Below are positions 1-13,869 of a DNA stretch of 64,000 nucleotides, piece by piece; position 1 is the stretch's first letter, and the number at the start of each line of letters is the position of its first letter. The stretch is from positions 216,442,001 to 216,506,000 of the forward strand of contig NC_135880.1 of NCBI RefSeq assembly GCF_964194155.1. The letters are read 5' to 3'. The notes beneath the pieces are model-generated. The model made no database searches. It worked only from the letters and a program-made list of their open reading frames with translations, and was not told where the DNA came from. The stretch comes from Cetorhinus maximus (taxonomy: Eukaryota). Position numbers and translations under genes: made by a program.

Positions 1-882
1 TGTTTTTTAGTGTTTCAGTCCTTTAAAATCAAAGGTTTAATGATCCTGTGCTAATTTGCTTTACACTTTGACTATGAACAAATCTAGTGATGAGCAGTAT
101 CTTAAGCACTTCATTGTGCGGTTTATCATCTTCAAACCTCAAACATGATTTATCATGAAAAATTTAATGTATCTTCTGGCATCAAGCAATTAAATGCTGT
201 GAAATAGTCACAATCACTGAGCATTCTCTTATATATATGGAGGGTCTCAGACCTGCGCTGAATTACAAAAGCTCATTAATCAAACTTATTATTACAAGGC
301 CCATTTTGCAAACTCGATTACAGATGAAGTGCATTGACAGGCAAGTCCTGAATGAACCAACCCACCAGCTCTCGCACTGTCTGAACAAAGTGCAAGATGG
401 GAAAAATGAGTTCCAGGCTCTAATCAACTGACTGTAAATTCAGACAGCTGCTTAAATTGCTCCAACTCTACTCTGATGGTTTAGCACATTATCTGAACCC
501 ATCTGAGTATTACAAATTTAACCCAATTAAATTACAGCTTGTGACTAAACTCCCGTGTAACTGTTGCTTCCTCTTTAACTCTTAGGGTGCTGAACTCCCT
601 TTGCACATTTTTCTATTTCTTAACCATTTGCCGATTCATTTCCAGCATTGACTCCTTTTACTCTCTTAAATGCACAAACCTCAGTGAAAAGTCAAGGCCC
701 AGAGTGCAGGATGTTAAAAGATCGGAAAGACGAGAGGAGAAATTTAAACTCCTGTCGGAACTGGAGTTCAGATGAAGGCAGTGGCCTTTCTGCACATTTT
801 CCAAAGCTGCGCCACTTTAACCGCAGTTGTTTCCTTGGGTGGTTGAGGTGCTTAATTGATTCAAGTGTAAACCTCACCGCAC

Positions 883-1267
883 CAACAACAACTTATATAG
901 CGCCTTTAATGTAATGACACATCCCAAGACGCCTCCTCACAGGAGCATTATAAAACAAAGTAGGACACTGAGTCACATAAGATATTAGATCAGATGACCA
1001 ACGGTCTGGCCAAAGTAGATTTTAAGGAGTGTCTTAAAAGAGGAAAGCCATGTAGGGAGGCAGACAGATGTCGGGAGGATTTTCCAGAGATTAGGGCCTG
1101 GGCAACTGAAGGTGCAGCCACCAGCGGTGGAGCAGTTAAAATCGGAAGAGGGCAGAATGAGAGGAGCACAGATACCTCAGAGGGTCATGGGGCTGGAGGA
1201 GGTTGCAGAGATAGGGAGGGACGAGGCCATGGAGGGATTTGAAAAGAAGGATGCGAATTTTAAAATC
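883..1267 (-). mobile_element. L2-clade LINE 3' end fragment
   Basis: The minus strand reads as the end of L2 ORF2 plus a 3' UTR ending ...aaaggcgctatataagttgttgtt. It is homologous to pieces at 6640-6983, 9225-9390 and 11318-11525. Confidence 0.7.
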
Positions 1268-2070
1268 ATCAACACATACAAATCAGGGTCCACTGTCATT
1301 CGGATCCTGGTGCAATTTTAACTACCAACTGAGCAGAGTTTTAGCCACAGACACCCAGCGAAAGCGCTGTCAGGTAAAGCTTAGAACTTAATCTTTGTGG
1401 GACCAGGAACAATGGGCTCTTCTGGGCCCCACAAAGAAAGTTGCGGCAGTGCTCCCCTTCAAAGGCCCAAAGCCAGCTTGCTGCTTCTATGTGCCCACTC
1501 TGTACTGGTTGGCCCTTTGACCTGTCCTCCCAGCTCCTGTGCAGGAGTCCCACAAAATTCCCAGCGATTTTCCACCTGTGAGTTAAAATCCCACCCCCGC
1601 CCCCCTTCTCTCCACCCCACCCCCACCACCCATTCCCCCTACCCCACCCCAACCTTACAACCAAGGAATGAAAAAATGATAAATTAGGAAAAAAGTGGTT
1701 CAGTGCTGCCTAGCCTGGGTACTGAAGCCCGCAGATCCTAGGCAGGATAGCAATATGTCCATAGCTTTGAGCTCCTGACTTGCAATGAATGCAGAGCTAT
1801 GTGGAAATTCAAAAGATCACTTAGTTCTTCAATTGATCTAAGAAATATGTCATCTTATCATTTTCAAGCGAAGCTATTGCTGTAATCCTGCCCCTTGTTT
1901 TGGCTGTATTATTACGGAAAAGCTTTCCTTCAGAACTGCCTGCAGAGTACTGAATCAAAGATCTGTTTATATTCAAACAATATCAAAGGAATGCCTTCAT
2001 GGGTAAATTGATTTTCTTTTTCTGATAGACAGTAAGGTTGTTACAGTATAAACAAACTTGATTTTCAACT

Positions 2071-2256
2071 GGGCTGAATTTTCCACAGCTCCCTATGTGG
2101 GTGTTGAACCCACGCATGGCATTAGCGCGCTCACAGAACGCGGCCTCTTAATTGGCCGGACAATGTCGGGGAGACATCTTGACAGGGTTTCCCGCTACTT
2201 TCCCAGCCCACACCACCTCCACCAACACATCTCCACAGGCCAGGAAAATTCACCCC
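2071..2256. mobile_element. Harbinger-type MITE
   Basis: TIRs gggctgaattttcc / ggaaaattcacccc (13/14 match), the same TIR type as the coding Harbingers in this window. Flanks are act/att. Confidence 0.7.
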
Positions 2257-3289
2257 ATTATCTAAAAGGTAAATGTCAGCTTGGTTCAGTTGATAGTGCG
2301 TTCACCTCTGACTGACCAACCTATGGGGTCAATCTCTTGAGACAAGCATATAAGCCAGACTGACACTCCAGTACAGCACTAAAAGATAACACAAGCCAGT
2401 TACAGTAGTTCACTTAATTACAAGGGAGAGGATACACCTCCTAGTGTCCTAGCCAACATTTCCCCAGACCATCACCCCCAAAAATAGACTAACTGAGTGT
2501 CACAGTTGGACACACGTACTTTTAATGGAGCAAAACCTTGAAGCTACTGAATTTGTATTTTTAGAACAACGTTGCACCATGGGCCTTATCCAGCTTCTTC
2601 GCAGTCCCTCTCTTTTATTGTTAAGAATTGTAATGTAAGTCACTTACAACCTCTGCACATTTAACTACCTGGATTTCAGCTCCAGCACCTCAAAATCGCA
2701 TTCCAACATTGCAGAATCCGCGAATGCATAATCAGATGTCCATCTCTGGGTCATTTACGTCATTGGTGTTTGTGGACAATGTGATTACCTTTGTCTAAAT
2801 GATGACAGTTGCTGGCCTTCAGTGTGATTCATTGTAGAGAATCACCTCTATATTGGCAGCTGCAGGTTTTTTACCCCCTCCAGCTTCCTGCTGGGTTCTT
2901 CCTTGTGTTTCCTGTTGGTGTTAACGTTTTTATGGAATGCCATTCCATTGGTGCTCCGTCAAAGTGAGCCCAGACATTCAAAGTCAGCAGATTTTCCAAC
3001 CACGTCCATACGTACGCAATTCCCGGAAGAGGTCATTGAACGGAAATTAGGAGCTGGAGCTGAAACCCTAATTTTCGCTAATAGCGGTCTCACCATTTCC
3101 TTAGCTGAGGTCCACTAATGCAGCGCAAGTTATTGAAAGTTAGGCTCAATAGCTCATTACACCAGAAAATTAACTTACCACCTCATGAAAACGGATGGCA
3201 GGATAGCAAAGAGCCTTTCCAGCAATTTAACATGAGATTCCATTTCATTGGGTCCCAACATTGCAGGGCTGTACTCACTACTGAATAGA

Positions 3290-4022
3290 AACTTGTGCTC
3301 CTACCCCATTTCAGTGCGATACTGAGGGAGCACTGCACAGTCAGAGATGCGACATTTGGTTGAGATGTAAACTTGTGCCCCTTCTACCCCCTAAGACAGA
3401 TAAAGAAGTTCCCATGGTACCGCCTGGGCCAATATCTATCTCTCAGTCCACATAGTTGAAAATAAAGACCTGATGTCATTGCTGTTTGAGGGTCAATTCT
3501 CCAGGGCTTCAGCACAAAAAGCTGACACTCCATTGCAGTACCGGGGGCGTGTAGCACTGCTCGAGGTGACATTTTTTCAGATGAGATGTTAAACTCGGGG
3601 CCCAGCTGCCTGCTCAGATGGACGTAAAAGACCCCATTGGATTATTTCAAAATAGAGCGGGGGATTATTCCCGGTGTCCTGGCCAGTATTTATTCCTCAA
3701 TCAACGTTGCAAAAGCAGATTATCTGGTCATTATCACATGGCTGCTTGTGGGAGCTTGCTGTCCATAAATTGGCTGCTACATTTCCCACAACAGTACTAC
3801 ACCTCAAAAGTACTTCATTGGCTATAAAGCACTTTGAGACATCCATTGGTCGTGAAAAATGCTATATAAATGCACGTCTTTATTTTCTTCCTGTGTATGG
3901 ACTAGCTGCTGTGTTTCCTTACATTATAATTCAATACTTCAAGAGTATTTATTTGGCTGTAAAGCACTTTGGGACCTCCTGAGGCCGTGAAAGATGCTAT
4001 ATAGATGCGAGTTCTTTCTTTT
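3290..4022 (+). mobile_element. Cluster of Deu-domain SINEs (SacSINE1/AmnSINE-like) with a duplicated L2-like tail
   Basis: Deu core gctgacactcc..cagtac..gatgagatgttaaac..gacgtaaaagacccc and tail aaagcactttgagac..gctatataaatgca. The tail recurs at about 3895-4022. Confidence 0.75.
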
Positions 4023-4140
4023 ACTGTAAGCAGCCATCATCATTGCAATTCTTAATTACTTTCACTGCTGTTTGTACCTTTTTAGAATTTGCATACAATT
4101 ACACTGCACTGATTCCATTTTGGTTTTTCTTGTGTCTTAG

Positions 4141-4264
4141 GTCATCACAGCTCTTCCGCGCTTTCTACATTCCCATTTTGTCTGAGCAGTACACAGTGTA
4201 TGCAAACTATACGATTCTCAAACCCAGGAGATCAAAGCCAGTGCGGAAAAAGAGTGGAGGCTAG
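4141..4264 (+). CDS. ALG9: Terminal coding exon of alpha-1,2-mannosyltransferase ALG9
   Basis: Pyrimidine tract and acceptor tgtgtcttag| at 4140. Encodes (R)SSQLFRAFYIPILSEQYTVYANYTILKPRRSKPVRKKSGG*, which matches the vertebrate ALG9 C-terminus as I recall it (SSKLLRAFYVPFLSDQYTVYVNYTILKPRKAKQIRKKSGG). Upstream exons were not found in the window. Confidence 0.9.
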
Positions 4265-4530
4265 CACACTGCAACTGCAAGAGAGAGGAAGGGAGGAATC
4301 TCAATCAGAGACACTGACTTCCAAGTTCTGTACTCTCTCGTCTCGGTTAATGAATTAGATGTTTACATTTCTTGCCTGTCCTGTAATAATGTAAGAAAAG
4401 TCCGTCGTGTGCACTGCCTGCATCTTTCCTTTCTCGTCCGTTCTCTGACAATTATTGTGACTTTCGGGCAAGACTGTGGACCATCTGCTATAGCCCACAG
4501 AGGATAAATTTAAAATGCATTCCACATATC

Positions 4531-4782
4531 AATAAACAAATGTGTGCGTCATTGTGTGTTTTTCTGGAGTGATAGTGGTACGTTCCCATCTGCTTCTGCC
4601 CAAACCAGCAGCTGGAGTCCATTCCGAAGATTGTCAGAACAAAGGCTGTGTCTTCAGATTCAGCTTTATGCAGCCAGGAGTTTCTTGCCATCGTGATCTG
4701 GGCATTGGTTTCTTTGCTAAGTTTCCACATTTCCTTTACTGCCTAATGGTTAAAAGAAAAAGTGAACTACGATGTAAATAAA
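4531..4782 (+). terminator. Candidate ALG9 polyadenylation signals
   Basis: AATAAA at 4531-4536 and 4777-4782, each followed by GT/T-rich sequence, downstream of the ALG9 stop. Confidence 0.45.
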
Positions 4783-6029
4783 ATTATGTTGTGCTCCATT
4801 GAAATTTCTGTGACATTTTATCCTAAATTGCTGTTTGATTTGGTCTTCCCTATATCACCAGGGTTGAGGGAGAGTAAAAGCCTGAACCGCGCACAGCTTA
4901 ATGGCTGCTGTTAGAGTTGCTCCAACACCTGCTAATATTGGCAGGGCTGCTTCAGTATCCTCTGCTGGTCTGCTGCTGGGCGGTGTCCAAGCTAACAGCT
5001 TCAACCAGAGCTGGTATAAGTTTAGCATAGTGAAGACATGCCACCTTTGAACATTGGTTAGGATTCAAAATTGGGGGTCTTAGGTTGCTTGGCTGTCCTA
5101 TCATGTAACCACCACAAGAAGGTAAATGATCCTGTGCATCCAACAGATGGAATCGATAAGTGCTTGCATATTTTCTGGAAATATCCTTTAATATTTATTG
5201 TCTACAGTGCTGAGGGCTGGGAGGTACAGTACATTAGCACTCTGATATTTCATTCTGAGCTCTCAAGTGATTGAATCTAATATTGAAACATGACCAAAAG
5301 TTCTCTTTCTCACTCTCTGCCATTATGATTGAGTGAACTGACTTGGGAACAATTCCAACCAACCCCCTTAAAAAATCTCCCCCTTTGCCAGAAATAAATG
5401 AGAAATAAACTTGGAGCAACTCAGCCAAACTCCTTGTAGGTGTGGGCTGCAATAACATGAGTGCCCTGAAATACAACTAACCTGCTTATCTCATTCAGGG
5501 AGCCTGGCCGTTATATTGGAATTTATTCAGGCAAGAATGTTCTATCTGCCACATGTGTCAGAAAGAGAGCACTTCTCTTCACCTGCCGGGTTACTGGGGG
5601 TGGACTAGGACATATTGTCAACATAATTCATACCAGTTGCTTGGATTATCGTTTTGATGTTGGTGGAAGATTTCATAATGTATATGCCCCCTGTGTCCTT
5701 TCTATTTGGTACAGTTTTATTGTTATCCAGTAGGGTCAAGCAAATGAATCTGCAAGAGGACAAGCGGTTGCAAATGTCTGTGGTGTATAAGAAGACTGAC
5801 TACATAAAATATGGATGGAGGACAAACACACTGGCAAGTCCTCCTCTAGTAATGTGAAACCTAAACAAAGTAGTGAATAATTCAGGGCTGGGCTGTAGTT
5901 GCAGATGTACTGGTGCCTATCTGAATGTAGAATATTTACAACCTTAAAAAGGCAACTTAGGAAAGATAATGGAATGGTTAGATAAAACGATGGGTTTGGT
6001 GGGAAGGATGACACTGGAATCAAGACTGA

Positions 6030-6390
6030 AGGGGATGGAGCAAAGCAGTGAAAGCATTCTACGATAAAGATAAAGGTTTTAAATTAAATGCAATGGGGGA
6101 TTGGGAGCCAGGATAGGTCAATGAGGATGCGGGTCATGATTAATTGCAATTTAGTGTGGGACAGGTTGTGGCCAGCTGCATTTTGGGCAAGTTAAATTTA
6201 TGGAAAGTGTTTAATGGAAGGCCATTAAGGTGACACAGCTGTGAATAAACATTTAAGCACAGGGGTTATGGGGAGGTTTCAGGTAGGCAGGTAGGTGTTG
6301 CTGCCGAGTTGGGTGTAAGCAGCCTCCGTGACGAAGAGGATGGAGTTCAATTAAGGTGAACAGACATCAGCCTTTTGCATTCATAATGCA
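6030..6390 (-). mobile_element. Degenerate L2 LINE ORF2 fragment
   Basis: Minus-strand similarity to the L2 RT C-terminal region. Heavily decayed. Confidence 0.45.
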
Positions 6391-6639
6391 CCAGGAAAAT
6401 ATCTGGATACAGAATAAAGAAAGCAGTCATCACCTAGTTAAATGACCATCAGCTCTATCTGGGCCAGAACCTCAAAACAGGAATCCTCGTCCTTCCTTTA
6501 TATTTCTATTCATCAGTCTTTTAAAAACCAAACTTGACCATTCCAAGTAATTATTTCATGATTTATCTTGTTTTCTTGTTTATCTCACTTATTCTCAACT
6601 TTCATCTAGGTAACCTTAGTTTCTCAATTTAGAAAATAG

Positions 6640-6983
6640 CTGTGCTTAGAACTATAGATAACTCACACTAAGTCCTGTTCACCCACCACCCCTCTGCTCA
6701 CTGACCTACAGTGGCTCCCCAGTCTGGCCTTTAAAATTGTCATTCTAGTTTTCAAATTCCTCCATGGCCTTGCCACTCCCTACAACCTCCTCCAGTCTGC
6801 CAACCCTCTGAGATCTCTGTGCTCCCAATATTGGCCTCCTGCCCAACTTGCAATAATGCATCTCTGGTAAGCATGCCTTCCGCTTCCTAGGCCTTGACCT
6901 CTGGAATTCCCTTCGGAACCTCTCCACCACTCCTCCTTTAAGTCCTCCTTAACACTAGCTCTTTTTGGCCAAGCTTTTGATCA
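6640..6983 (+). mobile_element. L2 LINE ORF2 3' fragment
   Basis: Reads ..SPTTPLLTDLQWLP..FKIVILVFKFLHGLA..LWNSL.., typical of the L2 ORF2 end. Confidence 0.7.
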
Positions 6984-8490
6984 AAGCTAGCCAAGCTGTT
7001 CCAGTACAGCTACGACACTGGCATTAGTTTATTTAGTTTGTACTCGAAAGAGTTACAACATTGGCATCGACACGGCTATGTGGAAAATTGCCCAGGTACA
7101 TCCTGTACACAAAAAGGACAAATCCAGCCCGGCCAATTACCGCCTCATCAGTCTACTCTCAATCATCAGTAAAGCGATGGAAGGGGTCAACAACAGTGCT
7201 ATCAAGCGGCACTTGCTTAGCAATAACCTGCTCACTGATGCTCAATTTAGGTTCTGTCAGGATTACTCAGCTTCTGACCTCATTACAACCTTGGTTCAAA
7301 CATGGACAAAACAGCTGAACTCCTGAGGTGAGGTGAGAGTGACTGCCCTTGACATCAAGGCAGTATTTGACCAAGTGTGGCATCAAGGAGCCCTAGCAAA
7401 ACTGGAGTCACTGGCAATCAGGGGGAAAACTCTCTGCTGATTGGAGTCATACCTAGCACAAAGGAAGATGGTTGTGGTTGTTGGAGGTCAGTCATCTCAG
7501 CTCCAGGACATCACTACAGGAGTCCTTCATGGTAGTGTCCTCGACCCAGTCATCTTCAGCTGCTTCATCTATGACCTTCCTTCCATCATAAGTCAAAAAT
7601 GGGAATGTTCGCTGATGATTGCACAATGTTCAGCACCATTCACGACTCCTCAGATACTGAAGCAGTCCATGTCAAAATGCAGCAAGACCTGGACAATAGG
7701 CTTGAGCCGACAAGTAGCAAGTAACATTTGCGCTACACAAGGGCCAGGCAATGACCATCTCCAACAAGAGAGAATGTAACTATCGCCCCTTGATGTCCAA
7801 TGGCATTACCGTCACTGAAGACCCCATTATCAACATCCTGGAGGTTACCATTGACCAGAAACTGAACTGGACGAGCCATGTAAATACTGTGGCTACAAGA
7901 GCGAATCAGAGTCTAGGAATCCTGCGACGAGTAACTCACCTCCTGACTCCCCAAAGTCTGTCCACCATCTACAAGGCGCAAGTCAGGATTGTGAAGGAAC
8001 ACTCCCCATGTGCCTGGATGAGTGCAGCTCCCACAACACTCAAGAAGCTTGACATCATCCAGGACAAATCAACCCACTTGATTGGCACCACAACTACAAA
8101 CATTCACTCCCTCCACCACCAACACACAGTAGCAGCAGTGTGTCCAATATACAAGATGCACTGCAGGAATTCACCAAGGCTCCTTAGACAGCACTTTCTG
8201 AATTCATGACTGCTACTATCTAGAAGGACAAGGGCAGCTGATAGATGGGAACACCACCACCTGGAGGTTCCACTCCAAGTCACTCACCATCTTGACTGCC
8301 GACCCTTTACTGTTGCTGGGTCAAAACCCTGGAACTCCCTTCCTAACAGCACTGTGGGTGTACCCAAGCCACTTGGACTGCAGCGGTTCAAGAAGGCAGC
8401 TCACCACCACCTTCGCAAGCACAACTAGGGGTGAGCAATAAATATTGGCCCAGGCAGCGAAACCCACATCCCGTGAATGAATAATAAAGT
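6984..8490 (+). mobile_element. 5'-truncated CR1-group LINE (RT pseudogene plus 3' UTR)
   Basis: RT motifs WKIAQVHPVHKK..NYRLISLLSIISK, LDIKAVFDQVWH, GVLHGSVLDP, FADD, GILRR..IYKAQVR, with frameshifts. Tail ggcccaggcagcgaaacccacatcccgtgaatgaataataaa. Confidence 0.9.
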
Positions 8491-8504
8491 AACTTGTCTG
8501 CATA

Positions 8505-8735
8505 TTTCTAGCTAATTTGCACATAGCAAGATCCCAAGAGCAGCAAATGAAATGAATCACCAGTTAATCTGATTTTTATGCTATTGGTTAAGGGAAGAAT
8601 GTAGGCCAGGACAATAGGACAACTCCTTACTTTTCTTTGAATAGTGCCCTGAACAGGCAGATGAGGACCTCAGATTTACATCTCACCCAAATGATTGCCC
8701 CTTCAACAATGATGCAGTCCCTTGGTACTGTACTT
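8505..8735 (-). mobile_element. Deu-domain SINE fragment
   Basis: Reverse complement of the SINE body seen at 3480-3890. Confidence 0.6.
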
Positions 8736-9224
8736 GAAATAGTTGGTGAGTGGAATTTCCCAGTTCTTAGCCAGAGTTAAATTTTATTTTTTTTAAATAA
8801 AAGCAATTATCTTTACAAGCTTCAAAAAGATGAACAAAAATAATGGAATGCTATTAAGAGGAAAAAGTCAAGCCTATAAAGGAAATCGAATTTGTTACGT
8901 ACTGGTGGTTTTCCTACAATAAACAGTTTCAAAAGTAACTTGACCATATGGCATTCAAATATTAAAAAGAAGCCCCCCGTGACATGAGAAGGGAAGTTCA
9001 GAACACATGGCCATTATGCTTTGAGAGGAAAGAATGAATTATACATTTGGTTAGAAAAGAATATCCAGTTTCAGCCTGAAACTTACTTTGGATAAAAGAA
9101 TATCGACTTACTGGTACTGTGATTAACACTTACATATTTTATGAAAGTACAATTCAGGACACATGTGTCCATATGTAAATATACACAATATCCACCCTGA
9201 TGTATCCAAATGTATATATCTACA

Positions 9225-9390
9225 GATCGCTCTGCCTCTCCTTAAAACCTACCGCTTTGACGAAGCTTTGGTCACTTTTCCTTATATTTTAGTGGCTCTG
9301 TGTCAAATTTTATCTGATAATTGTTGTTGTGCAGAGCCTTGGGACATTTTAATATGTTAAAGACATTATAAAATCTACGTTGTTGCTATA
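9225..9390 (+). mobile_element. L2 LINE 3' end
   Basis: ctccttaaaacctacc..tttgac..aagctttgg..ccttgggacatttta..gttaaagacattataaaat..gttgttg. Confidence 0.65.
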
Positions 9391-10324
9391 TTGTTCTACT
9401 CCAGGATGAAGCTAACCTATAGCTGTCTGAGTGATTATAACTTTGCTGTTTTTTTAAAGGTCTGTTTGTCGCTGCCCTGGGCTATTGCTGCTGTCTACTT
9501 TTTTAAATCGATTGAATATCAGGAAGTTCAATTTCCTCTGGTAATAGATTGATTAATGTATTTGAGTAGAATTCTTTTGTGTGTTCCTTGATAGTTGTCA
9601 GCCTGCCAAAAATTAACAGGTTAACAATGGCATAAAAATAAATAACATAGAAATTTCACTTGCCTGCATTAACCAACCCACTACCAGAGAAAATAAAACA
9701 TCCCTTGTTGCTTGAAGCACTTAGTGCCTATTTTTAGTGGGTCAAGTGGGCCAATAGTCTTAGCAAGTCCAGTCATTTGGTCTGCAGCCAACTGCACAAC
9801 ATCTACACCAAGAGAGCTCAATGGCACCAGGCTTCTCTCAGTTCCATTTGGCGCAGGAGTCACTTGAGGCTTGACGTAAATCAACGTATAGCTCTCATGT
9901 GATCTGCATCTCTTGTTTCTCCGTTCACATCAGTGAGTGCTGTGTTTTGTGTAAACAGGTCATCTATCCATTTCTCACTCAGCTTATCTACAGTTGATCA
10001 ATGACTTTGGTTGCCTGACCAAACCTTAATGACTTTTTTCAGGATTCATTAGATCTGGTAGCCCAGCATATGAAACTAAGCATTACAAAAATTGACTCGA
10101 CAGCCTTGGTTTTGCTTTTAAGCAGAATGACTGGGTATGTTCCAGCTCCAGGTGTCCCAGGGACCAGTTCCTTTATAATGTGGAGTGTGTGTCAGAACTC
10201 ATGGAAAAGCAATGCTGCACATTGAGGATCAGGGAAAGCACATACTAGCAGATAATGCAGAAACTGCATCAGTACAGGCAGTTAAGAGCTCAGCTCAGCC
10301 TTGATTGCATACACCTTACTCCAG

Positions 10325-10685
10325 AAGGATTCAAATCCCAGTCCCACATATTTCAGACTAACACTTCAATGGACTACTGAAGGAATATTTTTGGAGGTGC
10401 CATCTTTTGGATGAGATATCTGCCCTATCAGGTGGACATCAAAGATCCCTAAGCGCGCTAATCGACAAAGAGTTCTCCCGCTGTCCTGGCCAATATTTAT
10501 CCCTAAATCAGTTAAACATCTGTTTGATTGCTTGTTTGTGGGAGCTTGCTGTGCTCAATTTGGCTGTCGAGTAGCATACGTTATAAAAGTGACTGCATTT
10601 ATTAAGTACCTCATTGGTCAACATAGGACTTTGGGGCATCCAGAGTTAATCAAAAGTGATATAAACATGATCTTTATTTCCTTTG
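10325..10685 (+). mobile_element. Deu-domain SINE
   Basis: B-box-like gattcaaatcc, Deu core and L2-like tail. Confidence 0.65.
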
Positions 10686-10887
10686 CTGTGATATAAACAC
10701 TTGGTTTTATAAATCATCCAAGTGCATTCATCTGATTCTGAAATTCATGGAACAGACCACAGCAGAATTAGACACCCAAAGGTCCTCTTGCACCCTCAGA
10801 ACACCCTGAAGCCATCGTAGCCAGTAAATGTATTTACAAAGTGTAGTCACCATTCTATACACAAATGTAACCAATTAATGACCAGAT

Positions 10888-11115
10888 AAAAACAGAATTA
10901 CCTGGAAAAACTCAGCAGGTCTGGCAGCATCGGTGGAGAAGAAAAGAGTCGATGTTTCGAGTCCACATGACCCTTCTACAGAACTACACTGAACAATTTC
11001 TCCTTTAACTCGTCTCACTTCCACCGATGCTGCCAGACCTGCTGAGTTTTTCCAGGTAATTCTGTTTTTGCTTTGGATTTCCAGCATCCGCAGTAGTTTT
11101 TTGTTTTTATCTTTG
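10888..11115. mobile_element. Fold-back (palindromic) Penelope-like element remnant with minus-strand hammerhead motif
   Basis: Inverted arms (aaaacagaattacctggaaaaactcagcaggtctggcagcatcggtgg and its reverse complement). 14-bp TSD taatgaccagataa at 10876 and 11116. HHR motif on the minus strand at about 10947-10985. Confidence 0.85.
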
Positions 11116-11317
11116 TAATGACCAGATAACCTGATTGTGGTTAAGAGAAGATTGTTGCTCTTCATAATAGGATACTTCCTGTTCATTTTCCAATAGAATT
11201 GTTTACATTCATTGTGCAGGTGGCACCTTGTTTTAGCATCTCATCCAAAGGGCTACACTTTTTCAACCACGGTGGTCCAACTATACTGCTGAAGCACCAG
11301 TTTATGCATTCAATGGC

Positions 11318-11525
11318 AACAATAACTTTTGCAATTATATAGCACCATTAACTTAGGAAAACACTCTTAAGGTCTTTCAGAAGTGTAATCAGATAAAAAT
11401 CGACACTAAGCTGAAGAAGTAGACATTGGGACAGATGAGTTAATGCTAGAGAGTGCCTTAAAGGAGCACAATGAGGTGGAGGGCAGATGAGATTTAGGGA
11501 GAGAATTCCAAAGTTTACAGCCTCA
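11318..11525 (-). mobile_element. L2 LINE 3' end
   Basis: Homologous to 883-1100. Confidence 0.6.
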
Positions 11526-13224
11526 TGTTTACAGCCTTATGAGTGAACTCATAATCTTTGGTCTCAGAGAAAAGAGTACTTCCATCTGAACCAAGCTGGC
11601 ACTTGGAGTCTGTGCCAGTTCGTATTTTTTGAAAAGGAATTGCAGAGGGAAATTGAGGATTACAAAACTGTTAGCAAATCTGTCTGGTCCATTTGCAAAT
11701 TCAGAAGAGGATGTGGAGATTTGGTGGTGGTATTCCATACTTTAGGTAGTCAAGCATAGAATGTGGAAGATATGCAGGCGTGATAGATCAAACAGACTTT
11801 TCTCATTCAACCTTACTGATATTCTTGGCATTGTCAGTCCCAGAATGTGTTGAGTTTCACGCTTAGCAACTTTTGGCAGACGACTACAGTTCAGAAAATA
11901 AGTGCACCAGCGTCATAGAGTCCAGTGTGTTATTTCTGGAGTAACATTGAGAAAAGAAATCATGTCCCAGCTAACTAAGACAGCAGATATTTAAAACAAA
12001 AATGTTCTCTCCTTTTTCTCATGAAGTTGCTGATTTAAGATCCAGCTGTGCCCTCAGTATCTCATCCAAGTGTCTACATGAGAAATTTAACTTTTGGCAG
12101 GCCAATCCACTAGCAGGGTTATCACAACCAAGACAATCCTCGTTCATAAAGGAGAAGAGAGAGGTGGAGATGCTGCGACGTTAAAGAAGGAAATTCCAAA
12201 TCTTAGGGCTTTAGACAGCATGGCAAATAAATGATTTGTGTATTTTGATCTGATGGTAGTTCTACTTTTGGCCCAAACTAATTAAGCATTCTTGAATGAG
12301 ATCACATAGAGAAATTTTTGCCTTGCATTTCCCTATTTTGTCCTGGCAATGTGCTGCTCTCACAAGTAATCTTCCTATTGCCCTATTGCCCTAATATAAA
12401 TCCCCATTTCCCAAACCTTTCATCCTGTGAGTAAGATTAGTGATTCTGTACTTTCTAGTGGGCAGTTTAGCTTTCTGGGCTCATAGTCATTGTGAACTGG
12501 GTTAAAACTGACCAACCGTCCATAGCTCAGTGACTACAGGTATAATGTGACTAAGCCAGCTACACCTAGCAACAAGGTCTACATCTAATTCCCAGATTGT
12601 ACTAAGACAGCTCTTCTCAGCCGGGAGGAAGTTAGGGCACTGTAAATAACATGATCTTTCCCTCCTCCAGGGCTGGGAGGGAGATGGGTGTAAGGAATTA
12701 TCTAACATCTTACTGATGTTGCAACAACACACTACAGCATGAAATGATGGGACAAAGCCTGTTTCTGCATTTCCCACACAGACAAGATCATGATCTCAAT
12801 TGTACTATATATGGGAGTTACCATGTGTGAAGTCACGCACTTCTCCAGAAAGAGAAAAACAAAATCCATAGGATCAAATAGAATCATAGAATGGTTACAG
12901 CACAGAAGGAAGCCATTCGGTCCATTGTGTCGGTGCTAGCTCATTGGAAGAGCAACTCACCTAATTGCTCTTTTCATTTCTTTGTGGAATAAGATAAAAC
13001 CAAATCACCTAATTGAATTCTTTTGGCTGCCTCTTGTTGGGGAACATTATAAAAGGAGAGAGCTCTATACTTAATTCCAGTGTGGTCGACATCCCACAGC
13101 TAGAAAATGAAGACCTTGAGGGACATGGAGCAGAAAGTCTGCCGCTGGTGTTGGCTGATGAGGGCTGTTCTTGAGGCCTTCACTCTCATAGCTTTCAAGT
13201 GGTAAAAGGGAACGAACCAAGGCT

Positions 13225-13497
13225 CCTTTGACAGCACCTTCAAATTGCACGAACACTAACACTTAAAGGACAAGGGCAGTGGACCTAAGGAAATGGCACC
13301 ACCTGAAAGTTCCCCTCCAAGTGACACAGTTACTGTTGCTGGGTCAAAATCGTGGAACTCACGTGGATGTACCTACACCACAGACAATTGTGGTTCAAGA
13401 ATACGGCTTGTGAACACCTTCAAAAGGGCAATTAGGGATAGGTAATAAACGCTGGCCTTGCCAGTGACACACACATCTCATGAATGAATTAAAAAAA
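13225..13497 (+). mobile_element. 3' end of the CR1-group LINE seen at 6984-8490
   Basis: aggacaagggcag..ggcaattagggataggtaataaacgctggccttgccagtgacacacacatctcatgaatgaattaaaaaaa. Confidence 0.75.
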
Positions 13498-13869
13498 GCA
13501 TCAGTTATTAAAAATGAAAACTTGACATCATTGAAACCCACACTCATGAATTTGCTCGTAAAATCAATTCTGGAAACCGCTGACAGGATTGGTTTTATTT
13601 CCTTGTTGCAAGTGCAGAGTGTAACAGGAGACAATGGCTCATCAGAAACTTGGCAATATCCTGGGAAACTATATGTCTGAGTCAATGCATCATGGAATTC
13701 CCAGAAACAAAGCTTTACTGTGTTGCTATTTGACTAGTAGCCATTTATAATTTCACTCCCTAGCTTGACGGAGCTATATCTCACCAAGTGTGGCAGTTTT
13801 CACAACATGTTTCACAACATGCTTCACAAAGGGATAGAGAAAGAATGCATATGAACATTAAGAATTTTT

